A DNA stretch of 60,456 nucleotides from an uncultured Syntrophaceae bacterium (GTDB lineage Bacteria > Desulfobacterota > Syntrophia > Syntrophales > UBA2210), in contig CAZNBR010000001.1 of NCBI GenBank assembly GCA_964571315.1, forward strand, positions 1 through 60,456. The letters run 5' to 3'. The notes under the pieces were generated by a model that was not told the origin of the DNA, did no database searches, and saw nothing but the letters and a program-made list of their open reading frames with translations. Shown piece by piece: positions 37,486-47,676 of this stretch. Both the position numbers and the translations under genes were made by a program. Positions within the stretch are counted from its first letter, which is position 1, and each line of letters begins with the position of its first letter.

Positions 37486-39891
37486 TTACTTCCCCAGCGC
37501 TTTTTCTGTCTTCAGCACGTTCAGTGTTGTCTCGATAACGGTATCGGAGATGAGGGAGATGCTGCTGATACCGCATTCGACCAGAAACTCGGCAAACTCG
37601 GGGTAATCACTCGGGGCCTGTCCACAGATACCAATCTTCTTTCCCATCTTGTTGGCCTTGGTGATTGCATCCCGGATGAGATCCTTGACCGCCTGATTTC
37701 GCTCATCAAAGATATGGGATATCAGGGAGGAATCCCTGTCGAGTCCCAGCGTGAGCTGGGTCAGGTCGTTTGACCCGATGGAAAATCCGTCGAAGATCTT
37801 GCCGAACTCCTCTATCAGAAGGACGTTGCTGGGGATCTCGACCATCATGTACAGCTCTAGTCCGTTTTCCCCCTGGACAAGGCCATTTTGCGCCATGACT
37901 TCGACAACCTTTTTGGCCTCATCGACGGTTCTGCAGAAGGGGATCATCAGCTTCACGTTGGAAAGCCCCATCTCGTTGCGCACTTTGAGCATCGCCTCGC
38001 ATTCGAGGTTAAACCCGGCCCTGTAGCGATCGTCATAATACCGCGACGCGCCCCGGAATCCTATCATGGGGTTTTCCTCTTCGACTTCGAAGAGCGGTCC
38101 GCCGATCAGGTTGGCGTATTCATTGCTCTTGAAATCGCTCATCCTGGCGATGACGTCTTTAGGATAGAAGGCGGCGCCGATCTTTGCCACTCCCTGCGCC
38201 AGCTTGTCCACAAAGAAATCGGTCTTGTTTTCGTACCCCAGGGTGAGGGCCTCTATTGCCTTTTTGGTCTTTTTATCATCCAGCGTGTCGAACTGTACCA
38301 GGGCCATCGGGTGTATCTTGATGAAATTGTTTATGATAAATTCCAGCCGTGCCAGTCCCACACCGTCATTGGGAATGGATGCCACGTCAAAGGCGACCTC
38401 GGGATTGCCGACATTCATCATGATATTGGTCTTGGGGCGCTCCAGGCTTTCCAGGTTGATCTTCTTGACATCGTACTTCAGGATGCCTTCATAGACATTT
38501 CCCACTTCCCCTTCTGAACACGATGCCGTTACCTCGCTGACGCCCTTCAGCTTCTTGGTCCCATCCCCCGTGCCCACGATACAGGGGACACCCAGTTCTC
38601 TGCTGATAATGGCGGCGTGGCAGGTTCTTCCGCCCTTGTTCGTTATGATGGCGGTGGCGTTCTTCATGATGGGCTCCCAGTCGGGGTCGGTCATATCGGT
38701 GATGAGGACCTCCCCCTTCTTGAAATCTTTGATGTCGCTGGCACTTTCTATGACATGCGCCGGTCCGGCGCCGATCTTCGATCCGACCGCCGTTCCCGTA
38801 ACGAGGATCTTTCCCGTTTCGGCAAGTTTGTAACTCTCCAGAACATTGATATCTCGCTGGGACTGAACGGTTTCGGGCCGGGCCTGCAGGATGAAGAGCT
38901 CGCCGGTATTCCCATCTTTGCCCCACTCGATATCCATGGGTTTGAAAAATCCGGCCTTTCCCGAGTAGTGGTCCTCTATAATGGCAGTCCACCGCGCAAG
39001 CGTCAGGATCTCTTCCTCTGTGATACAGAATCGTTTCCTCTCCTCTTCCGCGACCGGGACGATCTCCACGGGATCCTCCTTCCCCGATGCGTAGATCATC
39101 TTGACCTCTTTGGTTCCCAGTTTCTTCTGGAGGATGGGCTTGTATCCCGTTTTAAGGGTCGGTTTGAACACATAAAATTCATCGGGGTTGACCGTGCCCT
39201 GGACAACCAGTTCACCCAGGCCGTAGGAACCGGTGAGGAGGACGGCATCCCTGAATCCCGATTCGGTGTCGATGGAGAAGATAACACCGGAGGCCGCCAG
39301 ATCGGAGCGCACCATCTTCTGAACGCCGATGGAGAGCGCGACCGACATATGATCAAAGCCCTTGTCTTCCCGGTATGAGATAGCCCTGTTGGTAAAGAGA
39401 GAGGCGAAGCACCTCTTGCATGCATCGATCAGGGCGTCGTTGCCCCTGATGTTCAGGTATGTCTCCTGCTGTCCGGCAAAACTCGCGTCGGGCAGGTCTT
39501 CCGCCGTCGCGGAGCTTCTCACGGCCACGTCGGTATCCTCCCCATACTCCTCGCAGAGTTTCCGGTAGGCGTCGCGGATTGCCTGATTGAGATCCTCTGG
39601 AATCTGAGCATTATAGACAAGAGATCGTATTTTTTCACCTTTTTTGCTAAGGTTGTGCATGTCGTGCGTATCCAGATCGGCAAGGATATGCTCCATCTTG
39701 TCTCGTATCCCGGCAGACTCCAGCAGATACCGGTACGCATCGGCGGTCACGGCAAAGCCATCCGGGATACTGACCCCCTTGCCCGTAAGCTCTTGTATCA
39801 TTTCACCCAGAGACGCGTTTTTGCCCCCAACTTGGGGGATATCATCCAACTCTATTTCATTAAACCAGAGCACAAGCTTCTTGGTTTCCAT
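37486..39891 (-). CDS. ppsA: phosphoenolpyruvate synthase (pyruvate, water dikinase)
   Basis: ATG at 39891 behind GAGGAGGA. Phospho-His motif GGRTCHAAIISRELG. PEP-utilising C-terminal motif SIGSNDLTQ. Confidence 0.95.
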   Translation of the reverse strand: METKKLVLWFNEIELDDIPQVGGKNASLGEMIQELTGKGVSIPDGFAVTADAYRYLLESAGIRDKMEHILADLDTHDMHNLSKKGEKIRSLVYNAQIPEDLNQAIRDAYRKLCEEYGEDTDVAVRSSATAEDLPDASFAGQQETYLNIRGNDALIDACKRCFASLFTNRAISYREDKGFDHMSVALSIGVQKMVRSDLAASGVIFSIDTESGFRDAVLLTGSYGLGELVVQGTVNPDEFYVFKPTLKTGYKPILQKKLGTKEVKMIYASGKEDPVEIVPVAEEERKRFCITEEEILTLARWTAIIEDHYSGKAGFFKPMDIEWGKDGNTGELFILQARPETVQSQRDINVLESYKLAETGKILVTGTAVGSKIGAGPAHVIESASDIKDFKKGEVLITDMTDPDWEPIMKNATAIITNKGGRTCHAAIISRELGVPCIVGTGDGTKKLKGVSEVTASCSEGEVGNVYEGILKYDVKKINLESLERPKTNIMMNVGNPEVAFDVASIPNDGVGLARLEFIINNFIKIHPMALVQFDTLDDKKTKKAIEALTLGYENKTDFFVDKLAQGVAKIGAAFYPKDVIARMSDFKSNEYANLIGGPLFEVEEENPMIGFRGASRYYDDRYRAGFNLECEAMLKVRNEMGLSNVKLMIPFCRTVDEAKKVVEVMAQNGLVQGENGLELYMMVEIPSNVLLIEEFGKIFDGFSIGSNDLTQLTLGLDRDSSLISHIFDERNQAVKDLIRDAITKANKMGKKIGICGQAPSDYPEFAEFLVECGISSISLISDTVIETTLNVLKTEKALGK

Positions 39892-40045
39892 GGCATTCCT
39901 CCTCACACAGAACATTAGATTTTAACAAGCCGATTTACTAACAATTCCCTCTTTTGAAGTCAACCGCAAAGTGCGTCACTACGGAACAAAGTTGCGAGCC
40001 CGATACGACAGACAGGAGAACCCGCGTCACCTCCCTGTCCTTCGC

Positions 40046-40804
40046 TCACTGGTGATGCCTGGTTTTCATAATCCTCTCAGCGATCTCCAGGTCACCGACA
40101 GTGTTGATTCCCATAGCCTCGGACGGGTCGCGCAGTATGAATGATCCGGTCCTGCGCTCCCCCCTGCGGGCGATTTCAAAGATGTCGGTAAAGTAGTACT
40201 CGCCCTGGGAGTTTGTGTTGCCTATCTTTCTGACGGCATCAAAGAGAAATTTCCTCTCGGCGCAGTATATGCCCGTGTTTATTTCCCGTATCGCCTTTTC
40301 CTCTTCATTGGCATCACGCGCCTCCACAATCTTCAGGACTTCTCCGGCCTCATTCTTTACCACCCTCCCATAACTGCCGGGGTCATCAAGAAGGGCGGTC
40401 ATCACGGTGATGGCGGCTTCGCGCGACCGGTGACTTTCCAGCAGGGCCTCTATGGTGGAAGGGAGAAGGAGGGGCACGTCACCGCACAGTATCAGCACCT
40501 CGCCATCGAAATCACGCAGCGCCTCACTCGCCTGCTGGACGGCGTGGGCGGAGCCTAATTGATCTTCCTGAAAGACATAGATCAGGTCTTGACCTTTCAG
40601 GGCCTCCATAACCCTCTGTGCCTGGTGTCCTACGACAACAACGGTTTTTGCTGAACCTAGCTTGTGTGCAAGCGCTGCCACATAGCATACCATGGGTTTT
40701 CCGCAGAGGGGGTGGAGCACCTTCACCAGATCCGACTTCATCCGTGTCCCCTTCCCGGCCGCCAGGATGACGGCGGCCAGGCTCCTCTGTTGCGGGTCTA
40801 TCAT
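40046..40804 (-). CDS. GlmU-like sugar-1-phosphate nucleotidyltransferase domain only (no LbH acetyltransferase domain)
   Basis: LAAVILAAGKGTRMKSDLVKVLHPLCGKPMV, QLGSAHAV, LCGDVPLL and EINTGIY align with the GlmU N-terminal domain. The ORF stops at 252 aa, where the linker helix would end. Confidence 0.8.
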   Translation of the reverse strand: MIDPQQRSLAAVILAAGKGTRMKSDLVKVLHPLCGKPMVCYVAALAHKLGSAKTVVVVGHQAQRVMEALKGQDLIYVFQEDQLGSAHAVQQASEALRDFDGEVLILCGDVPLLLPSTIEALLESHRSREAAITVMTALLDDPGSYGRVVKNEAGEVLKIVEARDANEEEKAIREINTGIYCAERKFLFDAVRKIGNTNSQGEYYFTDIFEIARRGERRTGSFILRDPSEAMGINTVGDLEIAERIMKTRHHQ

Positions 40805-40818
40805 GTGACAGTTCCTTT

Positions 40819-42111
40819 CTATCTGAGCAGATCCATGCCGGGAGGGAGTATTACCAGTACTTCACGGATCACCTTCATGTCGGCATCCTCGATGACAAAG
40901 GTGATTGTCTCATGCCTGAAGATATCCCTCCTCTTGGGGATTCTCCCCATCTTGTACAGCAGAAACCCGCCGAGGGTTTCATAGTCTCCCGGAAGAATTG
41001 CAACGGGCAGCAGGCTGCGGACGGTCTCTATCTTTGCCTGCGCGTCAAAGAGATATCTCCCCGGCCCGACCTTCCTATATAACACCGCGCCGTCGCTGTG
41101 ATACTCGTCTTCAATCTCACCGACAATCTCCTCCAGGATGTCTTCGATGGTGACAATTCCCACAGCCCCGCCATATTCGTCAACGATAACGGCCATATGT
41201 TCTCCCCTGCTCTGTAGTTCAAAGAAGAGCTCCTTTGCCAGTTTCGTTTCAGGTATATACAGGACATTTTTTTTCGTATAATTTTCAACGCGGACTTCAT
41301 CGGGAGAGAGGAGCCCCTGATCTTTCTTGTAAAGGGCCTCCATGATGTCAAAAGAATATAATATCCCGATAATATTAAAGATTTGATCGCTATAAACGGG
41401 TATCTGAGAATACCCCCTGTCGATAATAATGCAGGTGGCCTCGCTAATGGTCGTGTGTACGGGGAGGACGGTTACATTGGAGAGGGGGACCATGATCTGA
41501 CCGGCTGTAGAGTCGGAAAAATTGAAGATCCTCTGGATCATCTCTTTTTCCGACTTCATGATATCCCCGCTGTCCCCATCCAGCAGGATTGATTCCAGTC
41601 CGTGCTTTGTGATGTAAGAGGCATATGCGAGATCCTTGTTCCCTGAAAACGCGGAAAGAACCCTTCGAGAGAGCCTTGAGAGCACGAAGACAAAGGGATA
41701 CAGAATCCACGAGGCGATCCACAAAAACCAGGATATTTTAGGCGCCATGCGGTCCGCATTCTGTTGAAAGATGCTTTTCGGTATCACCTCTCCCACGATC
41801 AGGATGAGGGGTATCATGACGACGATGGCGAGGAGCGCACCTTTTTCGGTTCCGAACATAGACATAAACAGGGCCGTGGTGAGAGCGGTGTTGGTGACGG
41901 TGCAGAGGTTCGTGCCGGTCAGCGTCGTGGCCAGAAACCATTCCGGCTTTTCCATCAGTTTCAACGCGATGGATGCGGAGCGTGATCCCTTTTTTGCCTT
42001 GCGTCTCATGATATTGATATCGCAGGCTACCAGGGAGATCTCTCCCCCGGAGAAGAGCCCTTCAAGGAAAAGGAATACCAGAATTGGGAGGAGAAACAGG
42101 AGATCAGTCAT
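40819..42111 (-). CDS. CNNM/CorC/TlyC-family protein (DUF21 membrane domain, CBS pair, CorC_HlyC domain)
   Basis: 430 aa with an N-terminal TM domain carrying the GGEISL motif, CBS-pair region and C-terminal transporter-associated domain. Confidence 0.85.
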   Translation of the reverse strand: MTDLLFLLPILVFLFLEGLFSGGEISLVACDINIMRRKAKKGSRSASIALKLMEKPEWFLATTLTGTNLCTVTNTALTTALFMSMFGTEKGALLAIVVMIPLILIVGEVIPKSIFQQNADRMAPKISWFLWIASWILYPFVFVLSRLSRRVLSAFSGNKDLAYASYITKHGLESILLDGDSGDIMKSEKEMIQRIFNFSDSTAGQIMVPLSNVTVLPVHTTISEATCIIIDRGYSQIPVYSDQIFNIIGILYSFDIMEALYKKDQGLLSPDEVRVENYTKKNVLYIPETKLAKELFFELQSRGEHMAVIVDEYGGAVGIVTIEDILEEIVGEIEDEYHSDGAVLYRKVGPGRYLFDAQAKIETVRSLLPVAILPGDYETLGGFLLYKMGRIPKRRDIFRHETITFVIEDADMKVIREVLVILPPGMDLLR

Positions 42112-43372
42112 CGTGCGACCCCCCCCTCTTCGTGATGCGTATGCTCAGTATCCGCGCCTTGTCTATTGTTTCCACCGTGAAGGTGTAGTTTTCCTCTGAT
42201 ATTTCATCCCCCTCCGCCGGCAGTTTTCCAAACAGGTGAAATACGAACCCCCCCGCCGTGTCAAACTCTTCCGTTGCAATCGGTATATCTACAAGTTCAC
42301 TGAAATCCTCAATATCCATCATACCGGAGACCGTAAACGTATCTTCACTGATCCGGTGAAACATCTCACGGGTGTCACTGTTTTCTTCATAGATATCAAC
42401 AAAAAGATTCCTGAGGATATCGTACAGGGTTACCAGCCCGGCCACACCCCCATACTCGTCAACCACGATGGCCATCTGGAGGCTCCTTCTCTGAAAATCT
42501 CTGAGCATCTGGTCCGCCCTTTTTTCCATGGGAACGAAGTAAGGCTTCGTGATCAGGTGCTGCCAGCCGTCCCCTTTCTGCCCCTTTGCCACTTCAGCCA
42601 GCAGGTGTTTGGCGTGCAGAAGGCCCAGGATGTTGTCCCTGTCCGTTCCATAGACGGGTATCCTGGATACGCGTTCCTGTATGATGTCCCGCTCTATTTC
42701 CTGTATCTTCATGGATACCGGGAGGCAGAACATATCGACTCTCGGGATCATGATATCCGACACCTTCGTGTCGGCAAGCTTAAACACCTTGTGGATCAGG
42801 TCCTTCTGGGATTCTTCCAGCGCGCCCTCCTGATGGCCCGCGTCAACCAGCGCCTTGAAGGCGTCTTCGGTCAGCGCCCCGTCCCCTGCCTGTCTCTCCT
42901 TGCTGAAGAGTAACACAAACAGGTCCGATATCTTTTCGAGGGACCAGACCACCGGCCGCAGCAGCCCGGTTAACAAAACCAGCGGCAGCGCAACAGCACT
43001 GGAAAACCTCATGGGGTGGACGACCGCGAAGTTCTTTGGTATCGCTTCGCCGAAGATAATAAGCGTGACACTTGCAACGGCTATTGCAATCCATTTGCCT
43101 TCGGCTCCGAAGAGATAGATAGAGACGGACGTCGTCAGGGCGGCTATGGCGATATTGACGGACTCATTCCCTGTAAGAATGGTGACGAGAAGTCTCCGGG
43201 GGCGCCCGAGGAGTTTCCGGACGGAGGCTGTGAAAGGAATTCTTTCCTCCTTCATCTTGTGGAGATGAAGGGGAGTAAGAAAAAACAGGGACGCCTCGGA
43301 ACCGGAAAAAAATGCCGATAGGACAAGCAGGACAACCAATAAGATGAGCTTAATGGTAAGTTCGTGTTCCAA
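42104..43372 (-). CDS. CNNM/CorC/TlyC-family protein, second paralogue
   Basis: 422 aa with a TTG start and the same three-domain layout (SAFFSGSEASL...). It overlaps the downstream paralogue by 8 nt. Confidence 0.85.
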   Translation of the reverse strand: MEHELTIKLILLVVLLVLSAFFSGSEASLFFLTPLHLHKMKEERIPFTASVRKLLGRPRRLLVTILTGNESVNIAIAALTTSVSIYLFGAEGKWIAIAVASVTLIIFGEAIPKNFAVVHPMRFSSAVALPLVLLTGLLRPVVWSLEKISDLFVLLFSKERQAGDGALTEDAFKALVDAGHQEGALEESQKDLIHKVFKLADTKVSDIMIPRVDMFCLPVSMKIQEIERDIIQERVSRIPVYGTDRDNILGLLHAKHLLAEVAKGQKGDGWQHLITKPYFVPMEKRADQMLRDFQRRSLQMAIVVDEYGGVAGLVTLYDILRNLFVDIYEENSDTREMFHRISEDTFTVSGMMDIEDFSELVDIPIATEEFDTAGGFVFHLFGKLPAEGDEISEENYTFTVETIDKARILSIRITKRGGSHDD

Positions 43373-43478
43373 TGTTTTAAATAATCTCTCGCACGTAAGG
43401 TGCAGCCTTAATGTACTCTGCTATAGGTTTTTGCTTCCCGAGGGGAGGGGAAAGCAACCAAACCCTTCCACTGCTCGC

Positions 43479-43507
43479 AGAGTATCCTTCCCTTTTAAAA
43501 AAGTCAA
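43479..43507 (-). promoter_or_regulatory. possible promoter (TTGACT-17 nt-TACTCT) for the CNNM gene pair
   Basis: Read on the minus strand. It would give a ~100-nt leader containing the hairpin at 43431-43457 (TTGCTTCCC...GGGAAAGCAA). Confidence 0.3.
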
Positions 43508-43625
43508 CACATCAAAGGCCCCCGAATTGCCTCATATTAAATGTTACCGAAGGGGGTGAATAAAAGGGATCGTTGACTCATAATTCGATGTTACCGAACA
43601 TCGACTTCCAAAAGGAGGGATAATC

Positions 43626-43814
43626 ATGAGTCCGCGGTCCAAACGAGAGTATCGGGAGACAGTTCATATAAACGACACCCCAAATCCGATGCTGATGCGC
43701 AAGCTGTTTGGAAAAAAACCTCCCGACCTTACTGTCAAACCCGGGACAGCCTGGGCGGGCGAAGGGCCGATCCGGCTGATGTTTATAGACAAGGCACGCT
43801 TCGGCCGTAGATGA
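43626..43814 (+). pseudogene. 62-codon ORF: possible relic of an IS630-type (DDE_3) transposase, or an orphan small ORF
   Basis: Strong SD (AAGGAGGG, 6 nt before the ATG). The C-terminal ...LFGKKPPDL...EGPIRLMFIDKARFGRR resembles, from memory, the FKKN...GKPIEIWFQDEARxGQ segment at the start of IS630-family catalytic domains. No other transposase sequence or inverted repeats are present. Confidence 0.25.
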
Positions 43815-43830
43815 GCTTCGTGTGGTTCTG

Positions 43831-44975
43831 CTATTTGAGAATATCCCGAGCAATAATAAGCCTTTGAATCTCACTGGTGCCCTCATAGATGCTGGTCACC
43901 CTGACGTCCCGCGCATACCGCTCGATGGGAAAATCCTTCGTGTACCCATAGCCGCCCAGAATCTGCATGGCGTCGTAGCAGGCCTTGTTGGCCGACTCCG
44001 TGGCATAGACTTTGGCCATGGATGCCTCTTTTGCGTAGTACCTACCCTGGTCTTTGAGGTAAGCCGCTTTCAAGAGCAACAGACGGGCAGCTTCCAAACG
44101 GGTATAGTTGTCCGCGATCATCCATTGGATCGCCTGCTGGGTGGCGATGGGGCGATCGAACTGAATTCGCTCCTTGGCATAGCCCGTGGCGAAATCCATG
44201 GCAGCCAACCCAATCCCCAGCGACATGGAACCGATACCAATGCGACCTCCGTCCAGTTCATCGACCGCGATGCGAAAGCCGTCGTTCAGTTTGCCCATCA
44301 TGTTGTTCTTGGGCACGCGACAGTCCTCGAAGAGGATCTCGTTTGTGGAGGAACCGTTCTGCCCCATTTTCATTTCATCTTTTCCGACAATAAAGCCCGA
44401 GAAGCTCGGCTCCACCAGGAAGGCACTGATCCCTTTCCCTTTGCTGGCTTCCTTGTCAGTCACGGCCCAAACCACGAAGACGCCAGCATATTCGGCGCTG
44501 GAGATGAAGATCTTACCGCCATTGAGCACGTAGTCGTCACCATCCAGAACGGCCGTGGTTTTCATGGCGGCCGGATCAGAACCGGCACAGATTTCGGTCA
44601 AGCCAAAAGCTCCCGCTGCATATTCACCGCTGCACAATGGCGGAAGATATTTCTGCCTCTGCTCCTCGGTCCCTAGGGATTGGATGACTTCCGCCACCAT
44701 GTTGGTCACGGATGTGGTGACCGCAGTCGCGGCACAGCCCCGGCCGATTTCCGTCATCGCCAGCGAGAAAGCCACGGCACCAGCTGCGGTTCCACCATAC
44801 TCGGGATCGACATTCAGTCCCATAAACCCGAGCTCAGCCAGCTTTCTCAGGTTGTTTTTCAGGATCTCCCGGTTCTTGGTTTGATCCAGCTCGGCAGCCA
44901 CAGGCTCCAGTTCCCTCTTGGCAAACTTGGCCGCCGTATCTTGAATGATTTTTTGCTCTTCAGTTAGATCGAAGT

Positions 44976-44979
<4 letters not shown>
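43831..44979 (-). CDS. acyl-CoA dehydrogenase (short-chain/butyryl-CoA type)
   Basis: 382 aa. Typical ACAD sequence throughout, with C-terminal YEGTSEIQRLIIAR. Confidence 0.95.
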
Positions 44980-45842
<863 letters not shown>

Positions 45843-45906
45843 ATTGTACTCCTCCACTTCTAGTTCTGATGTCTACATTGATCGGATGGCAGTGAACTGA
45901 GAAGAA

Positions 45907-47082
45907 TTACCGTTTAACCACCATGGCGACTGCCTCTCCTCCGCCAAGGCAGAGGGACGCCAAGCCCATTTTCTTGTCTTGCCGAATCAACTCGTGAATG
46001 AGTGTCACCAACACACGGCAACCACTCGCGCCAATGGGGTGACCCAGTGCGACACTGCCGCCATTGACGTTGACCTTGGCGGGACCCAACTCAAGCTCCT
46101 TAAGCACCGCCACCGTCGCGCCGCTGAAGGCTTCATTGATTTCGTAAAGGTCTACATCGTCACGGCTCACGCCTTCCTTCTTCAAACACTTGGGAACCGC
46201 CAGCATCGGGGCCACGAGAACGTATTTCATGTCCAGACTGGCCGAGGCCTGAGCGCCAATGGTCGCCAAGACCTCACACCCCAGTTCTTCGGCCCTTTCT
46301 CGAGCCATCACTACAACCGCCGCCGCGCCGTCGGAGATGATGGACGCGTTGCCGGCAGTGGTTACGCCACCCTTTTTGAAGGCAGGCTTCATTTTTGCCA
46401 ACTGTTCAAAAGAAGTGGGTCGAGGGCATTCATCTCGATCAAAAATAAGCGGATCGCCCTTGCGCTGTGGAACGGAAACCGGAACGATCTCCTTCTGAAA
46501 CCTACCGGCCTCCATCGATGCCAGCGCGCGCCGATAGGATTCGGCCGTGTATGTATCCTGATCTTCGCGAGTCACTCCATACTTCTCACTGCAAAGCTCG
46601 TTGGAGAATCCCATAGGAAAGTCATTGACGATGTCCCAAAGCCCGTCATGTTCCATGTGGTCGTGTATGGTTCCATCACCCATGCGATAGCCGAAACGAG
46701 CCTTCTCCAAATAGTACGGGGCCATGCTCATGTTTTCCATGCCGCCGGCAACCACCACATCGGCATCACCCACCTGGATGGCCTGGGCCGCCAGCATGAC
46801 CGCCTTCAAGCCGGAACCGCACACCTTGTTGACGGTGAAACACTCCGCCTCCCATGGCATTTCCGCCTTGACGGCAGCTTGTTTTGCCGGGTTTTGCCCG
46901 TACCCGCAGGGCAAAACCATGCCCATGATGACTTCGTTCACGACGGATTTTTCAATGCGCGCGCGACGAATAGCCTCGTTGATGGCAATCGCACCCAACT
47001 GTGTTGCGCCGATGCCGGCAAGCGTCCCATTGAAACAAGCCAGCGGGGTCCGCGCCGCACTTACGATTACTGCCTCCCTCAT
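45907..47082 (-). CDS. acetyl-CoA C-acetyltransferase (thiolase II)
   Basis: GGGAGGGG RBS. Active-site Cys context NKVCGSGLKA. C-terminal GHPIGASG and CLGGGEAVA. Confidence 0.95.
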   Translation of the reverse strand: MREAVIVSAARTPLACFNGTLAGIGATQLGAIAINEAIRRARIEKSVVNEVIMGMVLPCGYGQNPAKQAAVKAEMPWEAECFTVNKVCGSGLKAVMLAAQAIQVGDADVVVAGGMENMSMAPYYLEKARFGYRMGDGTIHDHMEHDGLWDIVNDFPMGFSNELCSEKYGVTREDQDTYTAESYRRALASMEAGRFQKEIVPVSVPQRKGDPLIFDRDECPRPTSFEQLAKMKPAFKKGGVTTAGNASIISDGAAAVVVMARERAEELGCEVLATIGAQASASLDMKYVLVAPMLAVPKCLKKEGVSRDDVDLYEINEAFSGATVAVLKELELGPAKVNVNGGSVALGHPIGASGCRVLVTLIHELIRQDKKMGLASLCLGGGEAVAMVVKR

Positions 47083-47414
47083 GTTTCACCCCTCCCATTA
47101 CGAAAATCCTTTGCAGAATGCCCCTCGGCTTGCCGTGGGGAGCTTCACTCTACTATCCTACCTATAACTATGCGTGTTGTAAAACTTTTTTCATGGCGCG
47201 CAGATTTGATGCCACGGATTCGGGGAAATGTTATGCTTCTGCATTAATTGCTTCTAGGCAAACCCCCCGCTCTGCCGGGGGACTCCCGGAGTTTGACAAT
47301 TCCGGGAATATAAAGAAAACCCCCTGTCCGTGAACCGCTCAAAGTTTACGGGGAAGGAGGTTTCAATTGAACGGCAGTTGGAGTTTAAGCCATACGCCAC
47401 AGGAACGCAAGTAT

Positions 47415-47441
47415 CATGTTATATTATGTCATGTTATATTA
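47415..47441. repeat. tandem 12-mer CATGTTATATTA x2, separated by TGT (15-bp period)
   Basis: Copies at 47415-47426 and 47430-47441 are identical. The second copy plus flank forms the imperfect palindrome CATGT-TATATT-ACATG. Confidence 0.9.
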
Positions 47442-47676
47442 CATGGCCCGTATTCTTTGTCGTCTGTTCACCCGTGCCAGCCGGCAGATCTGTGGCTTCC
47501 AAACCCGCTGCCCTGCCATAGGGCACCCCGCCAGCGCCATCGTTAAAGAAACCATCAATGTATTGACAAAAAGGGGCACTTAGTGAAAGATTCTCTTATG
47601 AGGAGACCGCACGGGCAGCATCCTGTCCCTCGCATCCACGGCTCAAACCCGTGTGCGTGGCTCCGTGGAGCATTGA

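Noticed and set aside
42119-42126. A G8 tract (coding strand) at the junction of the two CNNM genes as a second phase-variation site.
   Set aside because: It is short compared with known contingency tracts and sits 4 codons before the stop of the upstream gene. Slippage would change only the extreme C-terminus, so it is probably insignificant.
43373-43478. A magnesium (M-box) riboswitch in the leader of the CNNM/CorC genes.
   Set aside because: The leader is only ~100 nt. I could not find the conserved M-box sequence blocks as I remember them from Bacillus, and only one simple hairpin is present.
47369-47380. A LexA/Cheo-box-like GAAC-N4-GTTG upstream of uvrB.
   Set aside because: It has one mismatch in the second half-site, lies ~300 nt from the uvrB start and overlaps the SD-led frame. 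I do not know the LexA motif for this lineage, so no SOS-box call is justified.
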